DNA of 25,624 nucleotides. It comes from Capsulimonadales bacterium (GTDB lineage: Bacteria; Armatimonadota; Armatimonadia; Armatimonadales; Armatimonadaceae). The first letter of the stretch is position 1. Each line of letters begins with the position of its first letter. This document shows, in pieces, positions 8,087 through 16,812 of the stretch. A program made the translations under genes and the position numbers. The stretch is from contig JANRLW010000095.1 in assembly GCA_033762295.1 (NCBI GenBank), positions 1 to 25,624 of the forward strand, read 5' to 3'. The notes beneath the pieces were generated by a model. That model had not been told where the DNA came from. It searched no databases and saw only the letters and a program-made list of their open reading frames with translations.

Positions 8087-8115
8087 ACCCTTCGCGACCG
8101 ACCGTCGCGAAGGGT
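8087..8115. terminator. Intrinsic hairpin terminator between convergent genes
   Basis: Perfect 12-bp stem ACCCTTCGCGAC / GTCGCGAAGGGT with a 5-nt loop, followed by a T-rich TCTTCGCTTT on the plus strand. Confidence 0.75.
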
Positions 8116-8186
8116 TCTTCGCTTTCAACTCTATCCGGTTATCAAAGTGCCCCGCGCGCCCCGGCCTTGCGCACGAACCGCGACCG

Positions 8187-8681
8187 TTACGGCGACGGCA
8201 GGACGACGGAGGCGCCCTGAATCACCCCGGTTCGGATCTGCGGCGCGTCCCCCGGAAGCTTCTTCCCCGCGGCCGGATCGAACACCGGGGCCGTCACCAC
8301 CGTCGGCGGCTTCAACGGAGGTTTTACCGACGCCCGACGGACCGGCGGACGCCGACGTACGGGTACCTCGGACAGTTCCGTTTTCCGTTTCACCCGGTTG
8401 CGCGCCCGGGAATAGACGCGACGAACCGTCTCCGCAGAAAGACCCGCAGCGGCCCCTTCCACCCGACGAAACCGCTCCCGCAGATGGTAGCCCGATGCGG
8501 AATGGTCCCGTAACTCAGGACGCTTGTCGAGCAGACTCGCGCCGCTCCCCGCGTTCCCTGGCGGCCGCACGGCCACCCGGTCCGGCTGCGCACCGACAGG
8601 TGCCCCCGCGACCATAAGCCATGCCAGCAAGCAAACGACCCGCCCGGGGAAGGCGATCCGTATTTCCCAGATATGCTTCAT
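8187..8681 (-). CDS. Hypothetical exported Arg/Pro-rich protein
   Basis: Strong RBS (GGAGGAGGG) and a signal-peptide-like N-terminus (RVVCLLAWLMVAGAPVGA|Q). It has its own upstream -10 and box. Confidence 0.65.
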   Translation of the reverse strand: MKHIWEIRIAFPGRVVCLLAWLMVAGAPVGAQPDRVAVRPPGNAGSGASLLDKRPELRDHSASGYHLRERFRRVEGAAAGLSAETVRRVYSRARNRVKRKTELSEVPVRRRPPVRRASVKPPLKPPTVVTAPVFDPAAGKKLPGDAPQIRTGVIQGASVVLPSP

Positions 8682-8736
8682 ACTCGTCCCTCCTCCGTCA
8701 GGGTAGCCCCGAAAAACATCGTTTACGAGTGGAGAT

Positions 8737-8765
8737 ATTGTACCCGTATTTACTAAAATTTTTAT
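8737..8765 (-). promoter_or_regulatory. -10 element (TACAAT) plus TTTA(C/G)TAAA box upstream of the exported protein
   Basis: Minus-strand TACAAT at 8742-8737 and TTTACTAAA at 8749-8757. The flanks align with 5808-5830. Confidence 0.55.
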
Positions 8766-8782
8766 CCTTGGGATATAAAATT

Positions 8783-9949
8783 TTATTTTTCTCCCATCGC
8801 CGGTCGATCGCCCGAGGTCGTTCGCCCCGCCGATGCGGACACGGTCGAAGGGACGGCGGCGGCCATAGCGGCGATCATTTTCTCCGTCCAGAGGGTCAGG
8901 GTCGCGTTCTGCTCCACCCAGTACCGGGCGTTCTCCCCGAGACGTCGACGCAGAGCGGGGTCACGCCGCAGTCGATCGATGGCGGCACGCCAAGCCGAAG
9001 GATCGCCCGCCGGAACATACAGACCGTTTTCTCCGTCCCGCACAACGTCGGTCTGTCCCGTCGTCCGTGTCACGATGACCGGCTTTCCCATCGCCATCGC
9101 CTCCAGCAGCGTGGTGACGCCGGCCTGGAAATCGTTCTCATAAAGGGGTACCGCCACCAGCGCGGATTCCCGGTAGAGGTCCCGGAGTTCGTCGTAGGCA
9201 TACCGCCGCGCCGAAACATGGGCCGGCAATGCCACCTTTTCGGTTTCGTTGACATGCTTGGACCAGGGTGACGCGGCCGCGAGGCGAACGGTCACCCCCG
9301 GCAAATCCGTGACCGCCGCGATCAGGGTCGGATAATCCCGCCATTCCAGACCCGCCGCCGAGATCAAATCGCCGGAGAAAGCATTCTCCCCGCGTAGCGC
9401 CCCGGTCAGGACCGGCGCGTCCGGTCGGTAGAAGCGCGTATCCGCATGGAACGCGATGAGTTTCAGGCGATGCGCTTCGATATGCAACTGCTCCCGCGCA
9501 AAATCCACCTGCGTCTGCGCGTACAGGAAAATGGTGTCCATCTGCTCGTGCGCTTTGAGCCGCTCGAAGAACAGCCGCTTTTTCCCGGTCGACAGACGGT
9601 GACCGATCATCACATGGCCGGGCCGTCGACGCATTCCCCGGAGCATCAGCGCCAGCGGAATCCCGACATTCTCCCCGTTGGTGAAAAGGACATCCGTCGT
9701 TCGCGCACGTGCGTACCCCATCGCGGCCAGCGCCACGTCCTTGCCCGCCGATCGTCGCAGCAGGGAAATCCACGGATCGCGCGACGCATCGACCGAGGCA
9801 TAGTCCAGCATCTCGACCGAACCTGCGCCGTACCGCTTCTCCAGACCTTCGAACAACGCATGATAATCCATCTGCGGATGGTGTCCTGCCGCCACTTTCT
9901 CCGCAATCCCCGTTTTCACCACGCTCGGAATCAGCAATAGCGCCTTCAT
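8783..9949 (-). CDS. Glycosyltransferase family 4 (GT-B)
   Basis: AAGLEWRDYPTLIAA, LRDLYRESALVAVP and AGVTTLLEAMAMGKPVIVT..G..DVVRDGENGLYVPAGD. ATGA overlap with the upstream gene. Confidence 0.93.
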   Translation of the reverse strand: MKALLLIPSVVKTGIAEKVAAGHHPQMDYHALFEGLEKRYGAGSVEMLDYASVDASRDPWISLLRRSAGKDVALAAMGYARARTTDVLFTNGENVGIPLALMLRGMRRRPGHVMIGHRLSTGKKRLFFERLKAHEQMDTIFLYAQTQVDFAREQLHIEAHRLKLIAFHADTRFYRPDAPVLTGALRGENAFSGDLISAAGLEWRDYPTLIAAVTDLPGVTVRLAAASPWSKHVNETEKVALPAHVSARRYAYDELRDLYRESALVAVPLYENDFQAGVTTLLEAMAMGKPVIVTRTTGQTDVVRDGENGLYVPAGDPSAWRAAIDRLRRDPALRRRLGENARYWVEQNATLTLWTEKMIAAMAAAVPSTVSASAGRTTSGDRPAMGEK

Positions 9950-11088
9950 TCAGCCACCCCCTCCACCAGCGAAACCAGCCGACGATAATTGCGGGTGGCA
10001 TCGAAACGCTCCTTTGCCACCTCCCGGGCACGTCCCCCCATCCGACGGCACCCTTCCGGGTCTCCGGCAACCGCCGCGATCACCTGGGTCAGCGCCGAAG
10101 CGTTTTCCGCGGGAACGACCCGCCCGCAAACGCCGTCTTCCACCGCTTCGCTCAATGCTCCGACATGGGTCGTAATGACGGGTAACCCGGCCGACAGCGC
10201 CTCCATCACCGCCAGCGGCAGACAGTCCGCAAGCGACGGAAAGACAAAGACGTCGGCTTCGGCGAATCGCTGGCGTAACTCCGGTGAATTCGGTTTCAGG
10301 CCGTTCCATACGGTGATCGCCCGTCCGGTTCGCCGGGAGATCTCCTCGGCCTGCTTCCCGATATCGCTTTTGGTGACGATCGAGAGGCGCGCCGGCAATC
10401 CGGCGGGCAGTTGTGCGAACGCCTCCAGCAGCGTATCTCCGCCCTTCCGCGCGAAATCGCCGCCGACGAACAGAAAGCACACCTCGCGTCCCCCGCCCTG
10501 CCGATGCCGCGCCGACCGTTCCGCCGCGAAATCCCAGGTCTCCGTATCGATTCCGGGCGGAATCACCGTGACCTTGTCCGACGGAACGCCGTAATCCCGG
10601 ACCAGGGAACCTTTGGCCCACTCCGACCAGGTGATCAGATGGCGCGCCGCCGCGAAGGCACGGCAGTTCATTCGCTTTTTGAACTCTTCCAGTTTGCCCT
10701 TACCGACCGCATGGCCATAGTGCGCCCCCAGAGCGTCATACTGCTCCGGGGTGGCGTCCAGAGAGATCAACGACGGAATACGTCGCATCAGACCGGCGGA
10801 CAACAAAGAGGTCACCTGGGTATGAAACAGGGCCGCCTGAAGGCGGCGGGCATGCGGCCGCAGGCCCCGATACGCTCCCAGCGAAGCGCGAAGCGACCAG
10901 TTGGACCGAACTCCCGGAAGACGCTGCCACGCCTGGGATTGATCGTGGTAATCCAGCTCCACATAGACCGGGTCGACCGACCGGCCACGCGCGACCGTCG
11001 CTTTCAGGTTCTGGGCATGGGTCACATGCCCGAGCGAATATTCCAGGGCAAAACCGATCGTTTTGCCCGCTATCGTACTGACCGCCAC
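9946..11088 (-). CDS. Glycosyltransferase family 4 (GT-B)
   Basis: VIPPGID, LFVGGDFARKGGDTLL and ADVFVFPSLADCLPLAVMEALSAGLPVITTHVG. GGGAGG RBS before a GTG start. Confidence 0.95.
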   Translation of the reverse strand: MAVSTIAGKTIGFALEYSLGHVTHAQNLKATVARGRSVDPVYVELDYHDQSQAWQRLPGVRSNWSLRASLGAYRGLRPHARRLQAALFHTQVTSLLSAGLMRRIPSLISLDATPEQYDALGAHYGHAVGKGKLEEFKKRMNCRAFAAARHLITWSEWAKGSLVRDYGVPSDKVTVIPPGIDTETWDFAAERSARHRQGGGREVCFLFVGGDFARKGGDTLLEAFAQLPAGLPARLSIVTKSDIGKQAEEISRRTGRAITVWNGLKPNSPELRQRFAEADVFVFPSLADCLPLAVMEALSAGLPVITTHVGALSEAVEDGVCGRVVPAENASALTQVIAAVAGDPEGCRRMGGRAREVAKERFDATRNYRRLVSLVEGVAE

Positions 11089-11116
11089 GTTTCCTGCCTC
11101 CCTTTCCGAGCCTTCG

Positions 11117-12280
11117 CTATATCGCCGCTTTCATGATGCGTAGCATGCGTTGGGAACAGATCCGACTGTCGAATTGCGAACAGGCCCGTTCCCGTGCCGC
11201 AAAGCTCATCCGCCGCCGTTCGCTCTCGTTGCCGATCAAAAACTCCAGACGCTCCCCCATCAGCCGTGCGTCGTCCCTCCGCAGGAGGAACCCGGTTTCG
11301 CCGTCCGAGACGATATCGGAAATGCCGCCGATATCGGTAATCAGGACCGGCACGCCGCACGCCATCGCTTCCATCGCCACCAATGAATAGCAGTCCGCAC
11401 GGGTCGGCAGTACGAAAAGATCGCTTTGACGGTACAACTCGATCAGTTCGGGACTGTTGTTCGAAACGCCGTGATGGACGATCACATTCTCCATGTGCGC
11501 CGCCTCGGGCACCTTATCCCGCGTCACCAGATGAAGCTCGACCCGTTTTCCGGCAACGCCTCGCCCCTGCTTCGCCATCCAGTCGATCAGCAGGTCGCCT
11601 CCTTTGCGCCGGAAGTCGCCCCCCACGAACAACAGGCGGATCGTCTCGCGGTCGGCACGAGCGAAGCGCGCCGGGTCCGGGCGAAACATCCCGGTATCCG
11701 TTCCGGGCGAGACCACCGTGATCTTTTCCGACGGCACCCCGTAATCGTCGCGCAGACTTCGCGCCACATACTCACTCCACGGGAAATGATGGCGCGCCGC
11801 CTCATACAGGCGACGGGTCGACCGTTCCTTCCAGCCGAGGAAGAGACGGGCGCGCAACCCCGAGTATCCGTACTGCTCCCCCATGCTCCGCATCTGCACC
11901 GGAGTCATATCCATCCGTAGAAAGGCGGGAACACAACGCACCAGGTCCGGCGTCAGCTTCGCGGCCCAGGTCGCCCAGAGAATGCCGTCAAATCGGGACG
12001 GGTCCGCCATCGCGGCCCGAATTTCATGCGCACCGGCCATCGCCCCCTTCCAGTTTTTCGGCAACGGGGTTACCCGGAAAATCATCGCGTCCGACTTATA
12101 GGTGACCGGCAAAAACTCGGACAGGATCGTGGCATCCTCGCCAGCGGCACGTTCCAGATTCAAAGCCGCCGTTTTAAGACCGACCTGCTGATCCATCACA
12201 AAAGCAAAACGGTACCTCGTTTTCAATTCGGGGCTTTCCTTGACCATACAAAACCATCCTATCCGGTCGGCAATGCACAT
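11117..12280 (-). CDS. Glycosyltransferase family 4 (GT-B), paralog of the adjacent GT4
   Basis: LFVGGDFRRKGGDLL and DLFVLPTRADCYSLVAMEAMACGVPVLITDIGG. The start may be 12247. Confidence 0.95.
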   Translation of the reverse strand: MCIADRIGWFCMVKESPELKTRYRFAFVMDQQVGLKTAALNLERAAGEDATILSEFLPVTYKSDAMIFRVTPLPKNWKGAMAGAHEIRAAMADPSRFDGILWATWAAKLTPDLVRCVPAFLRMDMTPVQMRSMGEQYGYSGLRARLFLGWKERSTRRLYEAARHHFPWSEYVARSLRDDYGVPSEKITVVSPGTDTGMFRPDPARFARADRETIRLLFVGGDFRRKGGDLLIDWMAKQGRGVAGKRVELHLVTRDKVPEAAHMENVIVHHGVSNNSPELIELYRQSDLFVLPTRADCYSLVAMEAMACGVPVLITDIGGISDIVSDGETGFLLRRDDARLMGERLEFLIGNESERRRMSFAARERACSQFDSRICSQRMLRIMKAAI

Positions 12281-12284
12281 CCCT

Positions 12285-13343
12285 TTAGCTTGTACGAACT
12301 CCCGTCCCCCCGTTCAACACTTCGCGCAGCGGGCGAGCGCCACCGATCTCCTCGCGTGCGCCTTTCAAGTATCGCAGATTGAACAGAACACTCAGCGGAA
12401 GGAGCGCCTGAGTTTCGGAACGTCCCTGTCGGAAACGGTACAGCACTCTGGTCAGCGTCAAAAGTCCCGTTTCCAGCGATGGTTCCAGCACCGGAACCGT
12501 CATTGCCACCTGAGCGAGAACGCGCGTGAGCGGATTGCGGGAATGGTAGGAATGACGCACCAGTTCCCAGTCCACGTCCCCCCGGCGCGCGCGGACGACA
12601 TCGAGCCGTCCGTATTCATAGGGCACCTTCTTCCAGGAGGCGAAAGAACGCTGCGGTCGGTGCCACCCCGCCGCCTCCCCGTCAAAGACAAATCGGACGC
12701 CGCACTGTCGTTCCAGTCGGAAGGCCAGTTCCACATCCTCCTGACGCTTGAACGTCTCGTCGAATCCGCCGACGGCCAGAAGATGACGACGACGCACCGA
12801 CGCGTTTCCGGAATAGAAGTGGTGCGGACCCGCTCCCTCCCAGATTCCCTCACGAAAATTATGATACTGCTCCGCCAGCATCATGTGCTCCCAGACCACC
12901 CAGACCGGTTCCCGGTTGCCATGATCGGTCGAACGGTTCATCGGACCGATGACGGCGACCGCGTCCTCCCGGCAATGGTGGGCCGCATGATGCGAGAGAA
13001 ATCCCCGCTCCGGTTCCATGTCATCGTCCAGAAAGACGACGACCTCTCCGGTGGCCTCCCGAATGCCACGGTTCCGGGCGCGCGACGGACCACCGTTCTC
13101 CTGAAAGATGGGGCGCAAACGAAACGGCGACGACCCCGCGTACTCCGTCAGCAGTTCGTTCGTACCGTCCGTCGAGCCGTCGGAAACGACAACCGCCTCG
13201 AAGTTCTCGAAAGGGAAACTCTGCTGCGCCAGACCGTCCAGCGCACGGCGCAACACCTCCTTTCGATTGTATGTCGGCATGACGACACTCAAAAACGGAT
13301 TGCCTACGGGCTGCATTTCTCCCCCTGTTTCCACTTTTCCCAC
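12285..13343 (-). CDS. Glycosyltransferase family 2 (GT-A)
   Basis: SVVMPTYNR, VVVSDGSTDGT, NGGPSRARNRG, VVFLDDD and GGFDETF...EDVELAFRL. GAGGAG RBS. Confidence 0.95.
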   Translation of the reverse strand: MGKVETGGEMQPVGNPFLSVVMPTYNRKEVLRRALDGLAQQSFPFENFEAVVVSDGSTDGTNELLTEYAGSSPFRLRPIFQENGGPSRARNRGIREATGEVVVFLDDDMEPERGFLSHHAAHHCREDAVAVIGPMNRSTDHGNREPVWVVWEHMMLAEQYHNFREGIWEGAGPHHFYSGNASVRRRHLLAVGGFDETFKRQEDVELAFRLERQCGVRFVFDGEAAGWHRPQRSFASWKKVPYEYGRLDVVRARRGDVDWELVRHSYHSRNPLTRVLAQVAMTVPVLEPSLETGLLTLTRVLYRFRQGRSETQALLPLSVLFNLRYLKGAREEIGGARPLREVLNGGTGVRTS

Positions 13344-13353
13344 CGACCGCTCC

Positions 13354-14931
13354 TCATCCGGCCCGCCGTTTCAGAACCGATCCGAGGAGGCTCTTCAACT
13401 GCTCACGATCCACACATCCCAGCAAGATACAGGCCACACCATAGGCGAGAATGGCAGGCCCGATGGCCAGGAGGCCCAGTTTCCACTGCATTCCCAGCAG
13501 TAGCACGCCCCCGAGCGTTCCGACCGCGACCGCGTAACGACCGAGCCAGTGCATCATCCCGCGATCGAACAGGCGGAACGGCAGGCTCCGAACATACATC
13601 GTGATCAGGACCAGTTCGAGGAGACCGTCGCTGAACATCGCGCCGACCGCCGCGTTCCCCATCATTTTTTTGGTGACCATCGCCATTGAGAAGCAGAGCG
13701 GAACGGCGATCAGCGCGCCGACGGCCGAGGCCTTCATCATGGCTTTCTGCCGTTCGGACGCCACGATCGTAATGCCGATCGTCATACCGACGAAAAACGT
13801 CAGCGTGGTAAAACCGCCCGCCTGCAGGGTCGGAATCGTCCCGATCACCAGGTCCTTCTTATGGAAGATCAAACGAACGATCGGATTTGCCGCCAGCACC
13901 GTGAACACGACGATCGGCGCGGCCAGCATCAGGTTCAACCGGAGCACGAGCGCGGCCAGCCGCTCGAACGCCGGACGATCGCTCTGAAAAAGGCGAGTCA
14001 GGGTCGGCAAAAGGGTCGTGGTGATGGCGACCGGGACGAACAGTGTCGAGCCGATCAGCCGGAAGGCGGAAGCGTACCAGCCGGTACTGATGCCGCTTTT
14101 CCCGTCAATGAAATCCAGGACGAGCGGATCGGTGTAACCGTACAGCTGCTTGGAGACCGCCCAACCCAGAAAAGGCACCCCGGCCATCAGCAGGTAACGC
14201 ATCGTTCCGGCGATACGCCGCCATCCCGCCCGGTCGCTCAGAAGATCGGCCAGATCGTCCCGCAATCCCTCGAACGCCGACAGATTCATCAATAGATTCA
14301 GTACGATGGCAACCCCGGTCGCCGCCACGATCATCCAGAGCGGCGCTTTGAGCAGGACCAGACCGATGATCAGCATCGATTCCGCGCCGCGCTGGAGCAG
14401 GCCGGTCAGGTTCGATCGGACAAACCGTTCCTGTCCCTGCAGGGTCACGGAAACCACATCGCTCAGGGTGGAGACAACGATATTGACGGTCGCGACCAGA
14501 ACCAGCGTACGTTTCACCGGGTCACTCACAAAATGAGGCACCCCGATCGTCGCGGCTACCAGGACCAGCAGTCCGAGCGGGAACCGCAGAAGCAATGCGG
14601 ACACCAGAAACTCCACCGCGCGCCCCCGGTCCTTCGCAACCTCCCGCACCAGGAGCATACTCGTCCCGAGCGGGATCGCCACTCCCATGACCGCCGCCAG
14701 GGAGTTGGCGAAGGCGATATTCCCCATGCCTTTCGTCCCGGCATAGTTCGGCAGAAAATAGGTGACCGCCAGGGTTAAACCCCAGGAGATAATCTGGGTA
14801 ATCAACGACGAAAGAACATTCCGACCGGCCTTACCGGTCGACGGAGGCGTCGGCATGTCTGCCGCAGGTTCGGGGGAGGAGGTCTTTCGGTACCGCCGGC
14901 CCGTCGGCATCACGCTGTTGTTCGACACCAT
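13354..14931 (-). CDS. wzx: Wzx flippase (MOP/polysaccharide biosynthesis protein)
   Basis: About 12-14 hydrophobic segments, N-terminal RNVLSSL, LVREVAKD, and GWYASAFRL...LLPTLTRL typical of Wzx. Located in an EPS operon. Confidence 0.88.
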   Translation of the reverse strand: MVSNNSVMPTGRRYRKTSSPEPAADMPTPPSTGKAGRNVLSSLITQIISWGLTLAVTYFLPNYAGTKGMGNIAFANSLAAVMGVAIPLGTSMLLVREVAKDRGRAVEFLVSALLLRFPLGLLVLVAATIGVPHFVSDPVKRTLVLVATVNIVVSTLSDVVSVTLQGQERFVRSNLTGLLQRGAESMLIIGLVLLKAPLWMIVAATGVAIVLNLLMNLSAFEGLRDDLADLLSDRAGWRRIAGTMRYLLMAGVPFLGWAVSKQLYGYTDPLVLDFIDGKSGISTGWYASAFRLIGSTLFVPVAITTTLLPTLTRLFQSDRPAFERLAALVLRLNLMLAAPIVVFTVLAANPIVRLIFHKKDLVIGTIPTLQAGGFTTLTFFVGMTIGITIVASERQKAMMKASAVGALIAVPLCFSMAMVTKKMMGNAAVGAMFSDGLLELVLITMYVRSLPFRLFDRGMMHWLGRYAVAVGTLGGVLLLGMQWKLGLLAIGPAILAYGVACILLGCVDREQLKSLLGSVLKRRAG

Positions 14932-16812
14932 TTAGCGACCGGTATCCTTTCCGTCGCGCTCATGTCCCTCGTCGTCGTCTTCCTCCGAGCGATAGTGGAG
15001 GCCGACGGGAAAATCGTTATCGTAGGGAGACGGTTCCCCGTCCGGATCGTTGTCATACGGACCGAACGGTCGAACCGTCCCCACGCGGTTTCCGGTCTGT
15101 CGTGTCGGGAGAATCAGATCCTCGGTGCGCAATTTTTCCGTCCGCTCGGTCAGGATATTGCCCCGCCATGCGACAGAGTTGGCATAGGCCGAATCCGGGG
15201 AACCGTCCCCGGTCGTTATCAGGCTTCGCCGGGCGCTGGGCGCTTCCGTATTTCGCGGGAACAGCGGACCGCAGATGATCCCGACATAGATACCGGCGAA
15301 GATCATGTCGCGGAAATTGGAGAGCTGCAGGTCGAGCAGACCGAACACCAGGAGCATGACAATCGCGGACAGCGCCTGGAGAACGATCGCCTGATCGAAC
15401 GGTTCCAGGTCATCGCGCCGCAGAAGACGACAGGCACGCACGATAATCGCGGCCATCATCATCCAGAAGGCGAAGAACCCGATCGTTCCAACCCGCATCC
15501 AGACCCAGAGAATCTGGTTGTGCGGAAGAATGTCCCACCAGTCGTACACCTCGGCGATACTGGCGATCGGGTACACGTGGAAGAAGCGTTTTCCGTACCC
15601 GTATCCCTGAATCGGGAAGGCCTTGATCGTCGCCATCTGGTTCGCGTTCTCCGCGTCCCGGTAGGCGTTGGACGACGCATCCCGCTCATCCGGCGAGAAC
15701 TGCGACTTGATCGCGCGGGCCGGTAGCGCGAACATCCCTTCCTTATTCTTGAAGATCGGGTAGTAGATCGAGAAGCTGATCCCCAGCACCAGCGAGGCGA
15801 TCATAATCATCCTTCGTCGCGTCGGCAATGCGGCATATGCGGCCAGCGCAATGACCGGCAGGAGGATAATAATCGCGGCGATTCCCGCGCGCCGATTACA
15901 GGCCAGATGCCCCATGACGACCGTCGGCATCAGGATCAGCGACGCCAGACGCATCTTCGGCTGGACCTTGCAAAGCGCCAGGAACGCCCAGAGCGAGATA
16001 AAGGTGTCGAAGAAATAGACTTCCTCGTGCGAACCGACCCCCTGGTCCGGTAGTGGCAGTCCCGCAATCGTCACGTAACGACGGAAGGTGTACAGAATCC
16101 CTTTGATTCCGATGCAGATAATGGAAACCCAGCAGAGCGTCTCCAGCCGTTTACGGTCGGTAATGAAGTTCACCGCCATCAGGTACGCCATGCCGAAGTA
16201 GAACTGGCTGCGAACCTCCTGCAACGAGATCTTGAAGTCCCCGCCGGTCGCGACGCCGTTGATCCACCCCATCGTGACGAACGCCATATAGATCGCGATC
16301 GGGACGAAAAGCGGCCCTGTTTCCAGTTTCAGACGGCGCAGATACAGATTCTTCAGGAAGATAGAGACTCCCGCCGACAGGAGGAACATCTCCATCAGGT
16401 TCAGCGGCACCCCTTTGAAGTTGGCGTGCGCGTAATACTGAATGATCGTGTTGAAGTTCCAGAAGAACGGAATCCGGTCGGTCAGCGCGTCCTTGAAGGA
16501 CCGTGGAAGAATCTCCACCGCGCAAACCATGGCGAACGTAATCCAGAGGGTGGTCGTCGGCCAGCGCCAGACCAGAATCGGCACGACCATGCAGATCAGC
16601 AGCACCAGCGGCAGAATCGGCGAGTCCAGCTGGAACGTCGTGAACAGCATTCCCAGCAGGAAGGACAGGATCATCGACAGGCCGGTAATGATCGTGCTGT
16701 TCCGACGTCGGCGGCGAGCATACTCGTTCGCATCGGGCAAAGGCGACAGCAGACGCACGAACGGGTTGGACCCGGTCTTCGACGCGGGGGCGGAGGACAT
16801 CGGTGACGTCAT
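14932..16812 (-). CDS. wzy: O-antigen ligase/Wzy polymerase-family membrane protein
   Basis: Multi-TM protein with NRRAG, SNAYRDAE, PIQGYGYG and PHNQILWVWMRVGTIG (Wzy_C HN motif). TAATG coupling to the GH44 gene. Confidence 0.82.
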   Translation of the reverse strand: MTSPMSSAPASKTGSNPFVRLLSPLPDANEYARRRRRNSTIITGLSMILSFLLGMLFTTFQLDSPILPLVLLICMVVPILVWRWPTTTLWITFAMVCAVEILPRSFKDALTDRIPFFWNFNTIIQYYAHANFKGVPLNLMEMFLLSAGVSIFLKNLYLRRLKLETGPLFVPIAIYMAFVTMGWINGVATGGDFKISLQEVRSQFYFGMAYLMAVNFITDRKRLETLCWVSIICIGIKGILYTFRRYVTIAGLPLPDQGVGSHEEVYFFDTFISLWAFLALCKVQPKMRLASLILMPTVVMGHLACNRRAGIAAIIILLPVIALAAYAALPTRRRMIMIASLVLGISFSIYYPIFKNKEGMFALPARAIKSQFSPDERDASSNAYRDAENANQMATIKAFPIQGYGYGKRFFHVYPIASIAEVYDWWDILPHNQILWVWMRVGTIGFFAFWMMMAAIIVRACRLLRRDDLEPFDQAIVLQALSAIVMLLVFGLLDLQLSNFRDMIFAGIYVGIICGPLFPRNTEAPSARRSLITTGDGSPDSAYANSVAWRGNILTERTEKLRTEDLILPTRQTGNRVGTVRPFGPYDNDPDGEPSPYDNDFPVGLHYRSEEDDDEGHERDGKDTGR

